Assembly (NCBI GenBank): GCA_964597575.1
Contig: CAZQXB010000001.1
Coordinates: 466,111-530,110 of the forward strand
Source: an uncultured Gammaproteobacteria bacterium
GTDB taxonomy: Bacteria; Patescibacteriota; Patescibacteriia; Magasanikbacterales; UBA922
DNA length: 64,000 nucleotides
Direction of reading: 5' to 3'
Position 1 is the first letter of the stretch; the number at the start of each line of letters is the position of its first letter. This document shows positions 9,320 to 19,726 of this stretch, one piece after another. The notes under the pieces were generated by a model that saw only the letters and a program-made list of their open reading frames with translations, searched no databases and was not told the origin of the DNA. The position numbers and the translations under genes are program-made.

Positions 9320-9348
9320 TTGACTGAAGGTCTTTAGGGTGGTATAGT
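9320..9348 (+). promoter_or_regulatory. sigma70 promoter of uvrA
   Basis: TTGACT-N17-TATAGT with extended -10 TG. Confidence 0.65.
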
Positions 9349-9402
9349 CATTTAGTACCCCTCATACGAGGGCGTTTTCCTGTTTTGCCTGTTTTTCTCT
9401 TT

Positions 9403-11994
9403 ATGCAAGATAAAATTATTATTCGTGGTGCGCGTGAGCATAACCTCAAAAACATCTCACTTGAAATGCCGCGCAACAAGATGATTGTTTTTACGGGGCT
9501 TTCTGGTTCAGGAAAGTCGAGTTTAGCGTTCGATACTATTTTTGCCGAAGGCCAACGCCGCTACATTGAAAGTCTGTCTTCCTACGCTCGCCAATTTTTG
9601 GGTGGCATGCAAAAACCCGATGTTGATGAAATTGAAGGGTTGTCTCCGGCTATTTCGATTGATCAGAAGGCGCATAGTTCAAACCCACGTTCAACGGTTG
9701 CAACCATTACGGAAATTTACGATTATCTTCGTGTTCTTTTTGCCCGCGTCGGTCAGCCGTACTGCCCTATGTGTGGTACCAAAATTGAGCGCATGGCTAC
9801 CGATCAAATGGTAGAAAATACCATTCGGAATGCGAAAAAATATGTTGTTTCGAATAAAGCCGAAGAAATTATTCTTTTTTCTCCGGTCGTACGTGGTCGA
9901 AAAGGGGAGTATTATCAAATGCTCTACGACTTATATAATTCAGGGTTTTTAGAAGTGCGCGTGGACGGAAAAATAAAAAGTTTGCGGACGCGTATTGTGT
10001 TATCGAAAAATAATCAGCATACGATTGAAGTGGTTGTCGATAAGCTTCCGGCGACGATGTTTAAAGCGGAAACGCTTAGTGAGGCTGATCGTCAGCGCGT
10101 CGCTGAAGCGATTGAACGTGCGGTGGATTTGTCGAACGGACTTTGTACGGTGAGGTACGGAGAAGGAAATGAAGCAACGTATAGTACCGAGTATAGTTGC
10201 CCGAATGACGGTTTTAGTTTTCCAGAAATTGAACCCCGGTTATTTAGTTTCAATAGTCCATATGGGCAGTGCAGTCGCTGTACTGGTTTAGGTACGGCAG
10301 AATTATTCAGTGAAGAAGTGTGCCCGAAATGTTTAGGCAAGCGCCTCAATGATAACGCTCTCTCGGTTAAGATTTTAGAAAAAAATATCCATGAGGTTAC
10401 GACCATGGATATTGCCGCAGCGAGAGCGTTCATTGTGCTTCTTGAGCAAGAAATGAATGCGCAGGATTTGGAAATTTCAGGGGCGGTTTTTCGCGAAGTG
10501 ACGAGTCGTCTGCAATTCATGCTCGATGTGGGTCTCGATTATTTGAGTTTAGATCGAAAAGCCGGAACGCTCTCGGGTGGTGAAGCCCAGCGTATTCGTT
10601 TAGCATCACAAGTAGGTACCCGCCTAGTTGGGGCACTTTATGTACTCGATGAACCAACGATTGGGCTGCATCAGCGCGATAATGAGCAGCTTGTTACCAC
10701 CCTCCGTAATTTATGTGATGTTGGAAATACGATTATTGTGGTTGAGCATGATGAAGATACGATTCTAACCAGTGATTGGATCGTGGATATTGGTCCGGGT
10801 GCCGGGAAGCATGGGGGAGACGTAGTCTATTCAGGACCTATGAGTAAATTGCTTAGCCCTGGAACCAAAAAGATGGAAACATTTGGATGTGAAGTTATTG
10901 GTGATGAGAAGAAATCGTTGACCGGAAAATATTTACGCGGAGAAGTTGCGATTGAAGTACCAGAAAAGCGCCGAAAAGTAGATGAATCCACTCCGAAATT
11001 AAAAATCAAAGGTGCTCGAGCCCATAACCTCAAAAACATTTCAGTTGAAGTTCCACTTCGACGGTTTGTGTCGCTGACCGGTGTATCTGGTTCTGGAAAA
11101 TCAACGGTGATGCACGATATTATTTATCGGACCGTTGCGAATAAGTTGAATCACGTGAATAAGAAAACAGGGGAATACGATACCATGATCGGTACCGAAT
11201 ACATTGATAAGGTCATTGTTATTGATCAGTCCCCGATTGGCCGTACCCCGCGTTCAAACCCAGCGACGTACACCAAAGCGTATGATACTATTCGTGAAAT
11301 CTTTGCGCTTACGACCGAAGCCCGTGTACGTGGGTATAAACCCGGTCGATTTAGTTTTAATACGCCAGGAGGTCGTTGTGAACACTGTGAAGGTCGAGGG
11401 CTCCTTGAAATCGAGATGCACTTCTTGCCGAGTGTTCAAATTGTGTGCGATGTGTGTAAGGGGAAACGGTTTGATCAGGAAACATTGCAGGTTCACTATA
11501 ATGGAAAGAGCATCTTTGATGTGTTAAACATGACGATTGAAGATGGAAGTGAGTTTTTCGCAGACATTCCAGGTATTTCGGATAAGCTTAAAGTGTTAAA
11601 AGAAGTCGGTTTGGGGTACCTCACACTCGGGCAATCGGCCACTACCCTCTCAGGGGGTGAGGCGCAGCGTATTAAGCTCTCGCGTGAATTGGCGAAACGG
11701 AACACGACAAAAACATTGTATTTGCTCGATGAGCCAACCACGGGTTTGCATTATGATGATGTCAAAAAATTGATTGAGGTTCTCCAGAAACTCGTTTCAC
11801 AAGGAAATACTGTCATGGTGATTGAGCACAATCTCGACCTGATTAAATGTGTGGACTGGATTATTGATATGGGTCCAGAGGGTGGGTCAAAGGGTGGGGA
11901 AGTTGTAACGACCGGAACTCCAGAGCAGGTGTCAAAGACAGGAAAAAGCTCAACCGGGCAGTATTTGCGACGTATGTTGGCAGAGAAAAAGTAA
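9403..11994 (+). CDS. uvrA: excinuclease ABC subunit A
   Basis: [32 protein letters not shown], two LSGGEAQR motifs, Zn fingers. Confidence 0.98.
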   Translation: MQDKIIIRGAREHNLKNISLEMPRNKMIVFTGLSGSGKSSLAFDTIFAEGQRRYIESLSSYARQFLGGMQKPDVDEIEGLSPAISIDQKAHSSNPRSTVATITEIYDYLRVLFARVGQPYCPMCGTKIERMATDQMVENTIRNAKKYVVSNKAEEIILFSPVVRGRKGEYYQMLYDLYNSGFLEVRVDGKIKSLRTRIVLSKNNQHTIEVVVDKLPATMFKAETLSEADRQRVAEAIERAVDLSNGLCTVRYGEGNEATYSTEYSCPNDGFSFPEIEPRLFSFNSPYGQCSRCTGLGTAELFSEEVCPKCLGKRLNDNALSVKILEKNIHEVTTMDIAAARAFIVLLEQEMNAQDLEISGAVFREVTSRLQFMLDVGLDYLSLDRKAGTLSGGEAQRIRLASQVGTRLVGALYVLDEPTIGLHQRDNEQLVTTLRNLCDVGNTIIVVEHDEDTILTSDWIVDIGPGAGKHGGDVVYSGPMSKLLSPGTKKMETFGCEVIGDEKKSLTGKYLRGEVAIEVPEKRRKVDESTPKLKIKGARAHNLKNISVEVPLRRFVSLTGVSGSGKSTVMHDIIYRTVANKLNHVNKKTGEYDTMIGTEYIDKVIVIDQSPIGRTPRSNPATYTKAYDTIREIFALTTEARVRGYKPGRFSFNTPGGRCEHCEGRGLLEIEMHFLPSVQIVCDVCKGKRFDQETLQVHYNGKSIFDVLNMTIEDGSEFFADIPGISDKLKVLKEVGLGYLTLGQSATTLSGGEAQRIKLSRELAKRNTTKTLYLLDEPTTGLHYDDVKKLIEVLQKLVSQGNTVMVIEHNLDLIKCVDWIIDMGPEGGSKGGEVVTTGTPEQVSKTGKSSTGQYLRRMLAEKK

Positions 11995-11995
11995 G

Positions 11996-13321
11996 ATGAG
12001 ATACATGATGACGAATGTTGAACAACGTCTGATCGAACTTCCGGATGTTCCAGGGATCTATTTGTTTTACTCAAAAGAGAAGGAGCTTATTTACGTTGGT
12101 AAAGCCACATCTCTTAAAAGCCGGGTGCGAAGTTATTGGGCAGGGAAGAGAACGAGTCGGCCGATTGAGCAGATGATGCATCAGGTGGAAAATGTGTCTT
12201 GGGTGGAAACAGATTCTGCACTCGAAGCCGCAATTTTAGAATCCGTTCACATCAAAAAGTTTCAGCCAAAATATAATGTTGATGGAAAAGATGATAAGAG
12301 CTGGAATTATGTTTTGATTACGAAGGATACCTATCCGCGCATTGTGACGATGCGAGAACACGAGATTATTCTTCTTCCGGAAAAAGCTCCGAAAACAGAA
12401 AAGAAGTTCCGACCTTCAAAAAAGGTGATCGTTCGCTCCCGTCAGGATATTGCCTATGAATTTGGCCCGTATCCAGGGCTAAATACCAAAGAAGCCTTAA
12501 AAATTTTGCGTCGGATCTTTCATTTCTCGAATTGTACTCCAGGCCAAGGGCGACCCTGCTTATATCGGCAAATGGATCAGTGCTTGGGAGTGTGTACTGG
12601 GGAAATTACAGCCCTTGAGTATCGCACCAAAGTTATTCGACCGCTGGTGATGTTTTTGCGTGGAGAAAAGAAACGCTTGGTCACAAATCTTGAAAAAGCC
12701 ATGACGGCCGCAGCGCGAGTTGAAGATTTCGAAGAAGCGGCCCGACTTCGCGAACAGCTGAAAGCGCTTTATAGAATCCACGATGTGGCTTTGCTTAATA
12801 AAAGTTTTGTATCGGACGATGCGGAACCAGCGCAAGGTGTTGAGCGTATTGAGGGGTATGATATTTCAAATTTGGGCTCAACCGGAATTGTAGGAAGTAT
12901 GGTCGTGTTTACGAATGGCGTACCAGATAAAAGTCAGTACCGGAAGTTTGCGATGCACTCTGTAACCGGGCAAAGCGATGTTGATTCGCTGGAAGAAATG
13001 CTTCGTCGACGATTTCGCCATCCAGAGTGGAAGTTTCCAAGTATTCTTCTTATTGATGGGGGGAGACCTCAGGTAAATAAAGTCGTAGAGGTGATGAAGG
13101 ATCTTGGAATATCAATTCCAATTGTGGGTATTGCTAAAGGGCCAGACCGAAAACGAAATGATTTTACCTTTCCGAACGATATTAGTGAGCCTGGGAACGA
13201 GCATTTGCGTGATTTCGTGCATTATGTGAACGAACATCAAGAGCTCCTCATTCGAGTGCGTGATGAAGCGCATCGGTTTGCGATTAGCTACCAGCGCGTG
13301 AAGCGGGGAATGAGGAAGTAA
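11996..13321 (+). CDS. uvrC: excinuclease ABC subunit C (short form)
   Basis: GIY-YIG (PGIY..IYVGKA), UVR (FEEAARLR) and RNase H-like (GYDISN, LIDGG, RDEAHRFA) domains; no C-terminal HhH. Confidence 0.93.
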   Translation: MRYMMTNVEQRLIELPDVPGIYLFYSKEKELIYVGKATSLKSRVRSYWAGKRTSRPIEQMMHQVENVSWVETDSALEAAILESVHIKKFQPKYNVDGKDDKSWNYVLITKDTYPRIVTMREHEIILLPEKAPKTEKKFRPSKKVIVRSRQDIAYEFGPYPGLNTKEALKILRRIFHFSNCTPGQGRPCLYRQMDQCLGVCTGEITALEYRTKVIRPLVMFLRGEKKRLVTNLEKAMTAAARVEDFEEAARLREQLKALYRIHDVALLNKSFVSDDAEPAQGVERIEGYDISNLGSTGIVGSMVVFTNGVPDKSQYRKFAMHSVTGQSDVDSLEEMLRRRFRHPEWKFPSILLIDGGRPQVNKVVEVMKDLGISIPIVGIAKGPDRKRNDFTFPNDISEPGNEHLRDFVHYVNEHQELLIRVRDEAHRFAISYQRVKRGMRK

Positions 13322-13335
13322 TTATTAAAATATTT

Positions 13336-13731
13336 ATGCTTGATTCTTCAGGGCTACCAACTGATAATTTATATAAATTTTTGGCTATTGCGGGACTTGT
13401 TATTGCACTTTTGCCGGCGATTTATATTGATAAGGAAAACGACAGGCTGTGGCAAGATACTTATTTAGTCCGTGAACAACAGATTGATTTAAAGTTTTTC
13501 GTAGATAATTCTGTTACAACATCAGCTCAAGTTGAACACGCAAGAATGCTTTTGGAGAAAATTAAACTTAAAAGTGAGTATTTGGGTAAAGAATCTGAAA
13601 GGCTAAAGCAACGTTTTTTTATTGGTGCAATTATTAGTATTGTTGGGGTAGTCATTTCTTCTTTAGGTTTTTGTTTGTGGTATGTTAAAACTCAATCAAT
13701 TCTGGATAGTATTCTAAAAAAGAAATGTTAG
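13336..13731 (+). CDS. hypothetical two-TM membrane protein
   Basis: 131-aa AT-rich ORF with N- and C-terminal hydrophobic helices. Confidence 0.65.
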   Translation: MLDSSGLPTDNLYKFLAIAGLVIALLPAIYIDKENDRLWQDTYLVREQQIDLKFFVDNSVTTSAQVEHARMLLEKIKLKSEYLGKESERLKQRFFIGAIISIVGVVISSLGFCLWYVKTQSILDSILKKKC

Positions 13732-13839
13732 GGATATAAGTAGAAATGATATTTCTTTCATCAAAGACGCTCCGTAGAGCGTCTTTTCTGTGGATAAACT
13801 CCCTAGAAAAGTCATAAAAACCCTTGCTAATGTATAAAA

Positions 13840-13875
13840 GTGGTATATAATGGGTATAGGTGGGAGAAAGTGGGA
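13840..13875 (+). promoter_or_regulatory. MraZ-binding repeats
   Basis: TGG(G) repeats at 13841, 13851, 13861 and 13871 (10-bp period) upstream of mraZ. Confidence 0.75.
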
Positions 13876-13908
13876 AAAATGCTTGTCTTCCTACAAACAC
13901 ACCTACCT

Positions 13909-14340
13909 ATGTTTATCGGCGAATACCTCCACAGTCTCGACGACAAAGGACGCCTCTCGGTTCCGAAGAAATTCCGGACCGATTTGGCTCTTGGTGCCGT
14001 CGTTACCCGAGGGCTTGATCACTGTCTTTTCCTCTACACAAAAGAGGAGTGGCAGAAGCTCGCCGAAAAGTTGGCGAATCTTCCGTTTGCCCAGGCAAAC
14101 ACGCGTGCGTTTGCGCGCTTGATGCTTGCTGGAGCCATGGATGTGGACGTCGACAAACAAGGGCGCGTCATGTTACCCGAGTATCTTCGATCATTTGCGG
14201 ATCTTTCCAAAAATGTCGTTGTGGCAGGTTTGTACAACCGCCTTGAGCTTTGGGATGAAGCGGCCTGGAATGCCTATAAGGCAAAAACAGAAAGTGAAAC
14301 CGAGGCTATCGCCGAAGAGATGGGTAAACTTGGAGTATAA
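13909..14340 (+). CDS. mraZ: division/cell wall cluster transcriptional repressor
   Basis: MFIGEYLHSLDDKGRL and DKQGRV motifs; 143 aa. Confidence 0.97.
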   Translation: MFIGEYLHSLDDKGRLSVPKKFRTDLALGAVVTRGLDHCLFLYTKEEWQKLAEKLANLPFAQANTRAFARLMLAGAMDVDVDKQGRVMLPEYLRSFADLSKNVVVAGLYNRLELWDEAAWNAYKAKTESETEAIAEEMGKLGV

Positions 14341-14350
14341 ACGACTGTCT

Positions 14351-15271
14351 ATGCGCCATGTTCCTGTTCTTCTTCATGAGGTCATTGAGGTCCTTCGTCC
14401 AGCTCCTGGACAAACGTTCGTCGATGGCACATTAGGTGACGCTGGCCATGCTGAAGCGATTTTAGATGCAACGGGCCCAAACGGAAAATATATTGGGTTT
14501 GATGCTGATCCTGAAGCGATTTTGCGTGCCAAGCGGTTCTTGGAGCCATTCAAAGAGCGCGTTGTGTATGTACGGGAAAATTTTTCTCGTATGTCCGAGA
14601 TGCTTGCGGCTGAAGGTGTGCAAACGGTGAATGGTGTATTGATCGACCTTGGTTGGTCAACGCCACAGTTTGCAGAACGAGGTCGCGGTTTCAGCTTTTT
14701 GAAGCCCGAGGAACCGCTCGACATGCGGTATTCTGGTGAGGCAGAAAAACAAAAGACATCGGCGAAAGATATGGTGAACTCCTTATCTGAGGAAGATCTC
14801 ATGAATATCTTTCGAGATTATGGCGATGAATCGCTCGCCCGCGAAATTGCTGCGGCGATTGTAGCAAAACGCGCCGAGAAGCCAATAGAAACAGTTGGAG
14901 ATTTGACCGAAGTCATTCTGCAGACGTACAGAAAAAAATTAAAAACAGACAAAGAAATCCCTTGGGTTGGAGGAATGCATCCGGCCACAAAAGTGTTTCA
15001 GGCGCTTCGGATCGCAGTAAATAATGAGTTTGGTGTTATAAAGCAGGTGTTGCCGCAGGCACTGAATGCCTTGGCTCCTGGCGGAAGGTTAGCTGTGATC
15101 ACGTTTCATTCGGGAGAAGACAGAATTGTGAAACATGAGTTCAAACGAGCCGAACAAAACGGGTTTACGCTTATCACCAAAAAACCGATTGTATGCAGTG
15201 AGGAAGAGGGGGAGGCAAATCCACCATCTCGCTCAGCAAAACTTCGGGTTATTGAAAAAACACTGGTATGA
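14351..15271 (+). CDS. rsmH: 16S rRNA m4C1402 methyltransferase
   Basis: HVPVLL, DGTLGDAGH, RGFSF, FQALRIAVN, ITFHSGEDRIVK and SRSAKLR motifs. Confidence 0.97.
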   Translation: MRHVPVLLHEVIEVLRPAPGQTFVDGTLGDAGHAEAILDATGPNGKYIGFDADPEAILRAKRFLEPFKERVVYVRENFSRMSEMLAAEGVQTVNGVLIDLGWSTPQFAERGRGFSFLKPEEPLDMRYSGEAEKQKTSAKDMVNSLSEEDLMNIFRDYGDESLAREIAAAIVAKRAEKPIETVGDLTEVILQTYRKKLKTDKEIPWVGGMHPATKVFQALRIAVNNEFGVIKQVLPQALNALAPGGRLAVITFHSGEDRIVKHEFKRAEQNGFTLITKKPIVCSEEEGEANPPSRSAKLRVIEKTLV

Positions 15272-15597
15272 ACGTAGGAAAAATCCGCGAACAAAAACAA
15301 CGTATGCGACAGTGGGTCCTTGGTACCTCCTGCCGAGTTATTTTGTTTATTGGGGTCGTTGGTTTAGGTGTTCTCTACGTGGTTCAAACGAGTGTTGTTT
15401 CAACAAAAGGATACGATATTGATAGTCTTCGTCGGGAAGTAACGCAACTCGAAAAAGAAGATCGGCGTATGCAGATTTCTATTGCCGAGTACCGTTCTAT
15501 TCAGCGAGTGGTGGAGCGAGTTGAAGGCCTTGGTATGGTGCCAGCGACTGATGTTGCATATGTGACGCCGACGAATAATACGGTTGCGAAAAGATAG
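15268..15597 (+). CDS. ftsL: FtsL-like cell division protein
   Basis: Follows rsmH; single TM helix plus coiled coil ending in LGM. Confidence 0.65.
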   Translation: MNVGKIREQKQRMRQWVLGTSCRVILFIGVVGLGVLYVVQTSVVSTKGYDIDSLRREVTQLEKEDRRMQISIAEYRSIQRVVERVEGLGMVPATDVAYVTPTNNTVAKR

Positions 15598-15709
15598 TAT
15601 TCTTTTTATAAAAAGACCGGCCTATGGCCGGTTTTGTTTTGCAGAGATTTTTTCTTCGTAAAGACTGAAGACAGTATTTATGCTATAGTATACATACTGT
15701 ATTACTAGC

Positions 15710-16069
15710 ATGATCCTCGTTCTCCAACGTATTTTGCTCGAAGCACTTCTTCACGTGCTCATCTTTCCATTTTGGTGGTATACCAAAGGAATGCTATTTG
15801 CGGCGAAGCGATGTTTTGAGATTTTCCGTTACGGAAATGAATTTTTAGTTCCTGCTCTGTGGTGGCGAAATATTTTCGTGCCCATGTTTGGTCAAGTTGA
15901 TTGGCAAGGGCGGCTGGTGAGCTTTGGTATTCGACTTGCGAATGGGGTGGCGAGAACACTCGCACTTTTGGTGTGGCTCTTTTTTGCAACACTTCTTTTT
16001 GTGATCTGGCTCGCGCTTCCACTTGGTGTGGTGGTTCTTTTCGGGCTTACTTTATTTCCGTCCCCGTAA
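15710..16069 (+). CDS. hypothetical membrane protein upstream of the Clp ATPase
   Basis: 119 aa, FPFWWY motif, hydrophobic C-terminus. Confidence 0.75.
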   Translation: MILVLQRILLEALLHVLIFPFWWYTKGMLFAAKRCFEIFRYGNEFLVPALWWRNIFVPMFGQVDWQGRLVSFGIRLANGVARTLALLVWLFFATLLFVIWLALPLGVVVLFGLTLFPSP

Positions 16070-16072
16070 TGT

Positions 16073-18802
16073 ATGAAATACGCCTCACTCCCAAGTGTTT
16101 CTGTGTTCTCCTGTTCGACCTGCCGAGGGAAAGGCGTTATTGGAGTTCGTACCTGTGGCACATGTCGGGGTATGGCGCGCGGAGTAGCTTTTGGTGATTC
16201 TTGGCTTTATCTCAGAACCGCGCTCACTTCTTACGATATCTTACTTAAACGTGCTCGCTCCACCCTCGACCATGGTGAGGCACTTTTTGCAACACTTCTG
16301 TCGCTCGTGGGAGCTTTTGGCACTATTTATTTTCTCTCTCAAGGTGAGTTGTTTCTAAAAGCGTTGACCATTGATTTTTGGCTTACCGGCTCACCAGCAG
16401 TACGGTTTAGTTTTGGAGTAACCCTACTCGGTTTTATGTACCTCGTGTATGTGCATACGCGAGAAAAAAAACGCACCGTGCCGCCACAGGCGCTTCCTTC
16501 AGAGACGCATCAGGTATCTGACTGGCATGAAATTCATCGCATGCCGCGAAAAAAGAAGATCTCCGTTATTGCTTCTTGCCAAGATGAAACGATCCGAGTC
16601 CTTGAACATGCGTTTGATGTTGCGTATACCCTCCGTTCATCTTCAATTTTGCCTGAGCATCTTTTTTTAGCACTCCTTAAAAGTGCCGATATTCAAAATG
16701 TTTTTTTGCGTCTGGCACTTCCACCGGGTTTGCTTGAAGCTGCGGTAAAGAAAAATATTATAAAAACCGCTCCGCAAAAAGAGGAGCCGACCCTTTCCCC
16801 TGAAGCAGAAAGTATTTTATTCCACGCCTATCACGAAGCAGCCAATTCACATGCTCAAACCGTTCGCCCTACACATGTGCTCCTTACCACTATTCGCATG
16901 TCAGCACATGTACAAGAAGCACTTTATGACGTGGGAATCGATGCTGAAACCGTGGAGCATGTCGTTGCCTGGGTGAAGCTTCGGGAAAATTTACGTGAAG
17001 CCTATGTCACAAGCCGACACGCGGCGATGCATGTGAGTAAGCACGGGCTTGATCGGGCAATGACGGCCGTAGCCACTCCGTACCTCGCGAGTGTGAGTAC
17101 TGACATTACCCTTCTTGCAAAATATGGTCGTCTGCACCCGACCGTTCAACGCGATCGAGAAATTGCTGAAGTATTTCGCTTACTTGAAAGCGGTAAGGGC
17201 GGTGTTGTGCTGGTAGGAGATCACGGGACCGGCAAAATGAGTATTATCCATGGGTTGGCCGAGCGTATTATGACGGATGATTGCCCCAAAGAGCTGAAAG
17301 AAAAACGATTGCTTCTTCTGTCAACAACAGCCCTGCTTTCTGGGGCCACGCTCCCAGAAGCTGAGGCACGGCTAGCGCGTGTCGCTCGCGAAGCAAGTCG
17401 CGCAAAAAATGTTGTGCTTTGTATTAATAATATCCATGATCTCTCTGCTCCGTCTGGAGATGGGGAGGGGCTCGATATTTCTGAGGCTATCAGTGAATGG
17501 GTGAGTAACGGTGCTCTTCGGGTTGTTGCGACGGCAACACCAGACGGGTTCAATCGGCATCTTGTGCGCACCCGCATAGGGTCAGCTATGGGTGTGGTTC
17601 ACATAAAAGAACCTGAACCCCTTCAAGCTATTGAAATGCTTGAGGCTCATGTGGGTTCCATTGAATATCGCACAAAAACATTTATTTCGTATAGCGCGGT
17701 AAAGGCCGCGGTGAGTTCAGCGATAAAATTTCTTCATGATGAACCGTTGCCGCTTTCTGCCCTCACGATTTTAGAAGAAGCCGCAACGCTTGCGAAACAT
17801 ACCCGTGGTGAGCATGTGTTTGTGAGTGGAGAAGATGTCGCATCTGTAGTTGCTGAAAAAACAGGTGTACCTGCAGCTACCGTTTCTTCCCATGAGGCCG
17901 AGCTGCTTCTTCATCTTGAGGAAGAGTTGCACCAAACTGTTATTGGGCAGGAAGAGGCAGTAACGGCCATTTCTGAAGCACTGAGACGGGCTCGAACAGC
18001 CTTAACCAGTGGGAAGCGCCCACTTGCTACGTTTTTATTTCTTGGGCCAACCGGGGTCGGAAAAACCGAACTCGTAAAAACAATTGCCCGGGTGTATTTT
18101 GGCGGGGAAGAACGGATGATCCGGCTTGATATGAGTGAGTTTCAAGATACGAGTGCGGTGTACCGCCTTATTGGAGAACCCGGAAAACCTGGAACTGGAC
18201 TTTTAACGGAAGCCGTGCGGCAACACCCATTTAGTTTAGTTCTTCTTGATGAGTTAGAAAAAGCCGATAAGGGGGTAATGAATTTATTTTTGCAGGTATT
18301 TGATGATGGGCGCTTAACCGATAGTGTGGGGCGGGTGATTGATTTCCGAAATACCATGATCGTGGCAACTTCAAATGCGGGAACAGCATTTGCCCAGGCA
18401 GGTTTTGCAAAAGGGGACACAGCGAGTGTGATTCGCACTGCTTTGGTGCATGGAGAATTAGCTACGGTGTATCGACCCGAGTTTTTAAATCGATTTGATG
18501 GTATTATTTTGTTTCGACCCCTCACTAAAGATGACGTGAGAAGAATTGCCAAACTGATGCTTCGAGATGTAGAGGCATCACTTGATGAGCGAGGGGTAAC
18601 GCTTAAAATTGAAGATGCGGCACTCGACACCTTGGCTGCGCTTGGGTATGATCCGGAATTTGGCGCCCGGCCTATGAGACGGGCAATTCAAGATACGATT
18701 GAAAATGCGATTGCAGAAAAAGTGTTGAAAAATGAGCTTTCTCGACGAGATACCTTAGTGGTCGGAGAAAACCTGCACGTTCAAATAGAAAAAGCCCTAT
18801 AA
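16073..18802 (+). CDS. ClpA/ClpB-family AAA+ ATPase with N-terminal Zn finger and TM helices
   Basis: CxxCxGxG..CxxCxG, two TM segments, Clp-N repeats, AAA1 GDHGTGK, AAA2 FLGPTGVGKTE, LLDELEKA, GARPMRR. Confidence 0.9.
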   Translation: MKYASLPSVSVFSCSTCRGKGVIGVRTCGTCRGMARGVAFGDSWLYLRTALTSYDILLKRARSTLDHGEALFATLLSLVGAFGTIYFLSQGELFLKALTIDFWLTGSPAVRFSFGVTLLGFMYLVYVHTREKKRTVPPQALPSETHQVSDWHEIHRMPRKKKISVIASCQDETIRVLEHAFDVAYTLRSSSILPEHLFLALLKSADIQNVFLRLALPPGLLEAAVKKNIIKTAPQKEEPTLSPEAESILFHAYHEAANSHAQTVRPTHVLLTTIRMSAHVQEALYDVGIDAETVEHVVAWVKLRENLREAYVTSRHAAMHVSKHGLDRAMTAVATPYLASVSTDITLLAKYGRLHPTVQRDREIAEVFRLLESGKGGVVLVGDHGTGKMSIIHGLAERIMTDDCPKELKEKRLLLLSTTALLSGATLPEAEARLARVAREASRAKNVVLCINNIHDLSAPSGDGEGLDISEAISEWVSNGALRVVATATPDGFNRHLVRTRIGSAMGVVHIKEPEPLQAIEMLEAHVGSIEYRTKTFISYSAVKAAVSSAIKFLHDEPLPLSALTILEEAATLAKHTRGEHVFVSGEDVASVVAEKTGVPAATVSSHEAELLLHLEEELHQTVIGQEEAVTAISEALRRARTALTSGKRPLATFLFLGPTGVGKTELVKTIARVYFGGEERMIRLDMSEFQDTSAVYRLIGEPGKPGTGLLTEAVRQHPFSLVLLDELEKADKGVMNLFLQVFDDGRLTDSVGRVIDFRNTMIVATSNAGTAFAQAGFAKGDTASVIRTALVHGELATVYRPEFLNRFDGIILFRPLTKDDVRRIAKLMLRDVEASLDERGVTLKIEDAALDTLAALGYDPEFGARPMRRAIQDTIENAIAEKVLKNELSRRDTLVVGENLHVQIEKAL

Positions 18803-18880
18803 AACAAAACCATCCGCTTCTCCCACTTTTATACCCATGACCTTTATGGATGTAAAAGTGGTGTGCGGATGGACTTTGTT
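18803..18880. other. 78-nt imperfect hairpin between convergent genes
   Basis: AACAAA/TTTGTT, CCATCCGC/GCGGATGG, CCACTTTTA/TAAAAGTGG and CCAT/ATGG pairings. Confidence 0.75.
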
Positions 18881-18924
18881 GTAGTGCCAAACGAACACCT
18901 CTACGGCTCAAGTGCATCGTGTTG

Positions 18925-19098
18925 TTACATGTGCACGAGCAGCGTTCGAACTGCTACGATCACGATGCTGATCGTTGCGAATACGATCGCGGGACCCAGG
19001 ATTCCGGGTCGAGTGTTGTTCCTGTACTCGAACGTCTCGAGTTCGTAGTCCGTGGTGGGTTTGGGTTGGGAGTTGTGGTGTTTGTTTTCACCTGCCAT
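18925..19098 (-). CDS. small single-TM protein, probably leaderless
   Basis: 57 aa; TTGACA-N17-TATCTT (19135-19107) ends 8 nt before the ATG. Confidence 0.55.
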   Translation of the reverse strand: MAGENKHHNSQPKPTTDYELETFEYRNNTRPGILGPAIVFATISIVIVAVRTLLVHM

Positions 19099-19186
19099 TG
19101 TGAAAAAAGATATCATAAAAAACCGTTTTTGTCAAGAGCTTACACATATAATTTGTCTAAAATAAGGTAAAAAGTAAACATTTTCT

Positions 19187-19657
19187 ATGGCTACAAAATT
19201 AAAGTTTTCTCCCTTTCAAATTGCTGTCCTGCTTGTGTTTCTGGCAGCACTCGCCGTGCTTAAGATTCTTGAATTTCACTTCCCAAAAGCCATTATTGAG
19301 GTAGATGGTCAGCGTTTGGAGGTACTTGTGGCTAAAACCCAAAAACATGCTTTTCGGGGTTTGGGGCGTCGGGATTCCTTGGAACCATACGACGGTATGC
19401 TTTTCGTCTTTCCAGAGCTCCGCCGTCCAGGTATAGTGATGCGAGATATGCGTTTCCCTATTGACATAATTTGGCTAAAGAATGGGGTTATTGTGGATAT
19501 TGCCCCGAATGTCCCGCTTGAGCCAGGAGTAAAAGAAGAGGATTTACGGGTCTATTTCCCTCGAGATACAGCCAATGCCGTACTTGAGATGCCGGCGGGC
19601 GAAGCTATGAAGCGGGGCTTTGCTATAGGAGACACCCTCCAACTTGTAGATAACTAG
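19187..19657 (+). CDS. DUF192 domain protein
   Basis: RGL..R, GMLFVF, MRFPIDIIW and VLEMPAG motifs. Confidence 0.9.
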   Translation: MATKLKFSPFQIAVLLVFLAALAVLKILEFHFPKAIIEVDGQRLEVLVAKTQKHAFRGLGRRDSLEPYDGMLFVFPELRRPGIVMRDMRFPIDIIWLKNGVIVDIAPNVPLEPGVKEEDLRVYFPRDTANAVLEMPAGEAMKRGFAIGDTLQLVDN

Positions 19658-19726
19658 GAGGAATACCCCTTGACGAAGAGGGGAATTACGAGTATACTCT
19701 CCCTACCAGTGTAAAAATCTTCTTTT

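Noticed and set aside
14351-15271. Alternative genetic code (TGA as Gly, as in Gracilibacteria)
   Set aside because: TGA ends rsmH at the expected position and core genes are uninterrupted under code 11.
18803-18880. attC site for the adjacent small gene
   Set aside because: The ends have AAC/GTT but do not fit RYYYAAC/GTTRRRY, and it is a single instance.
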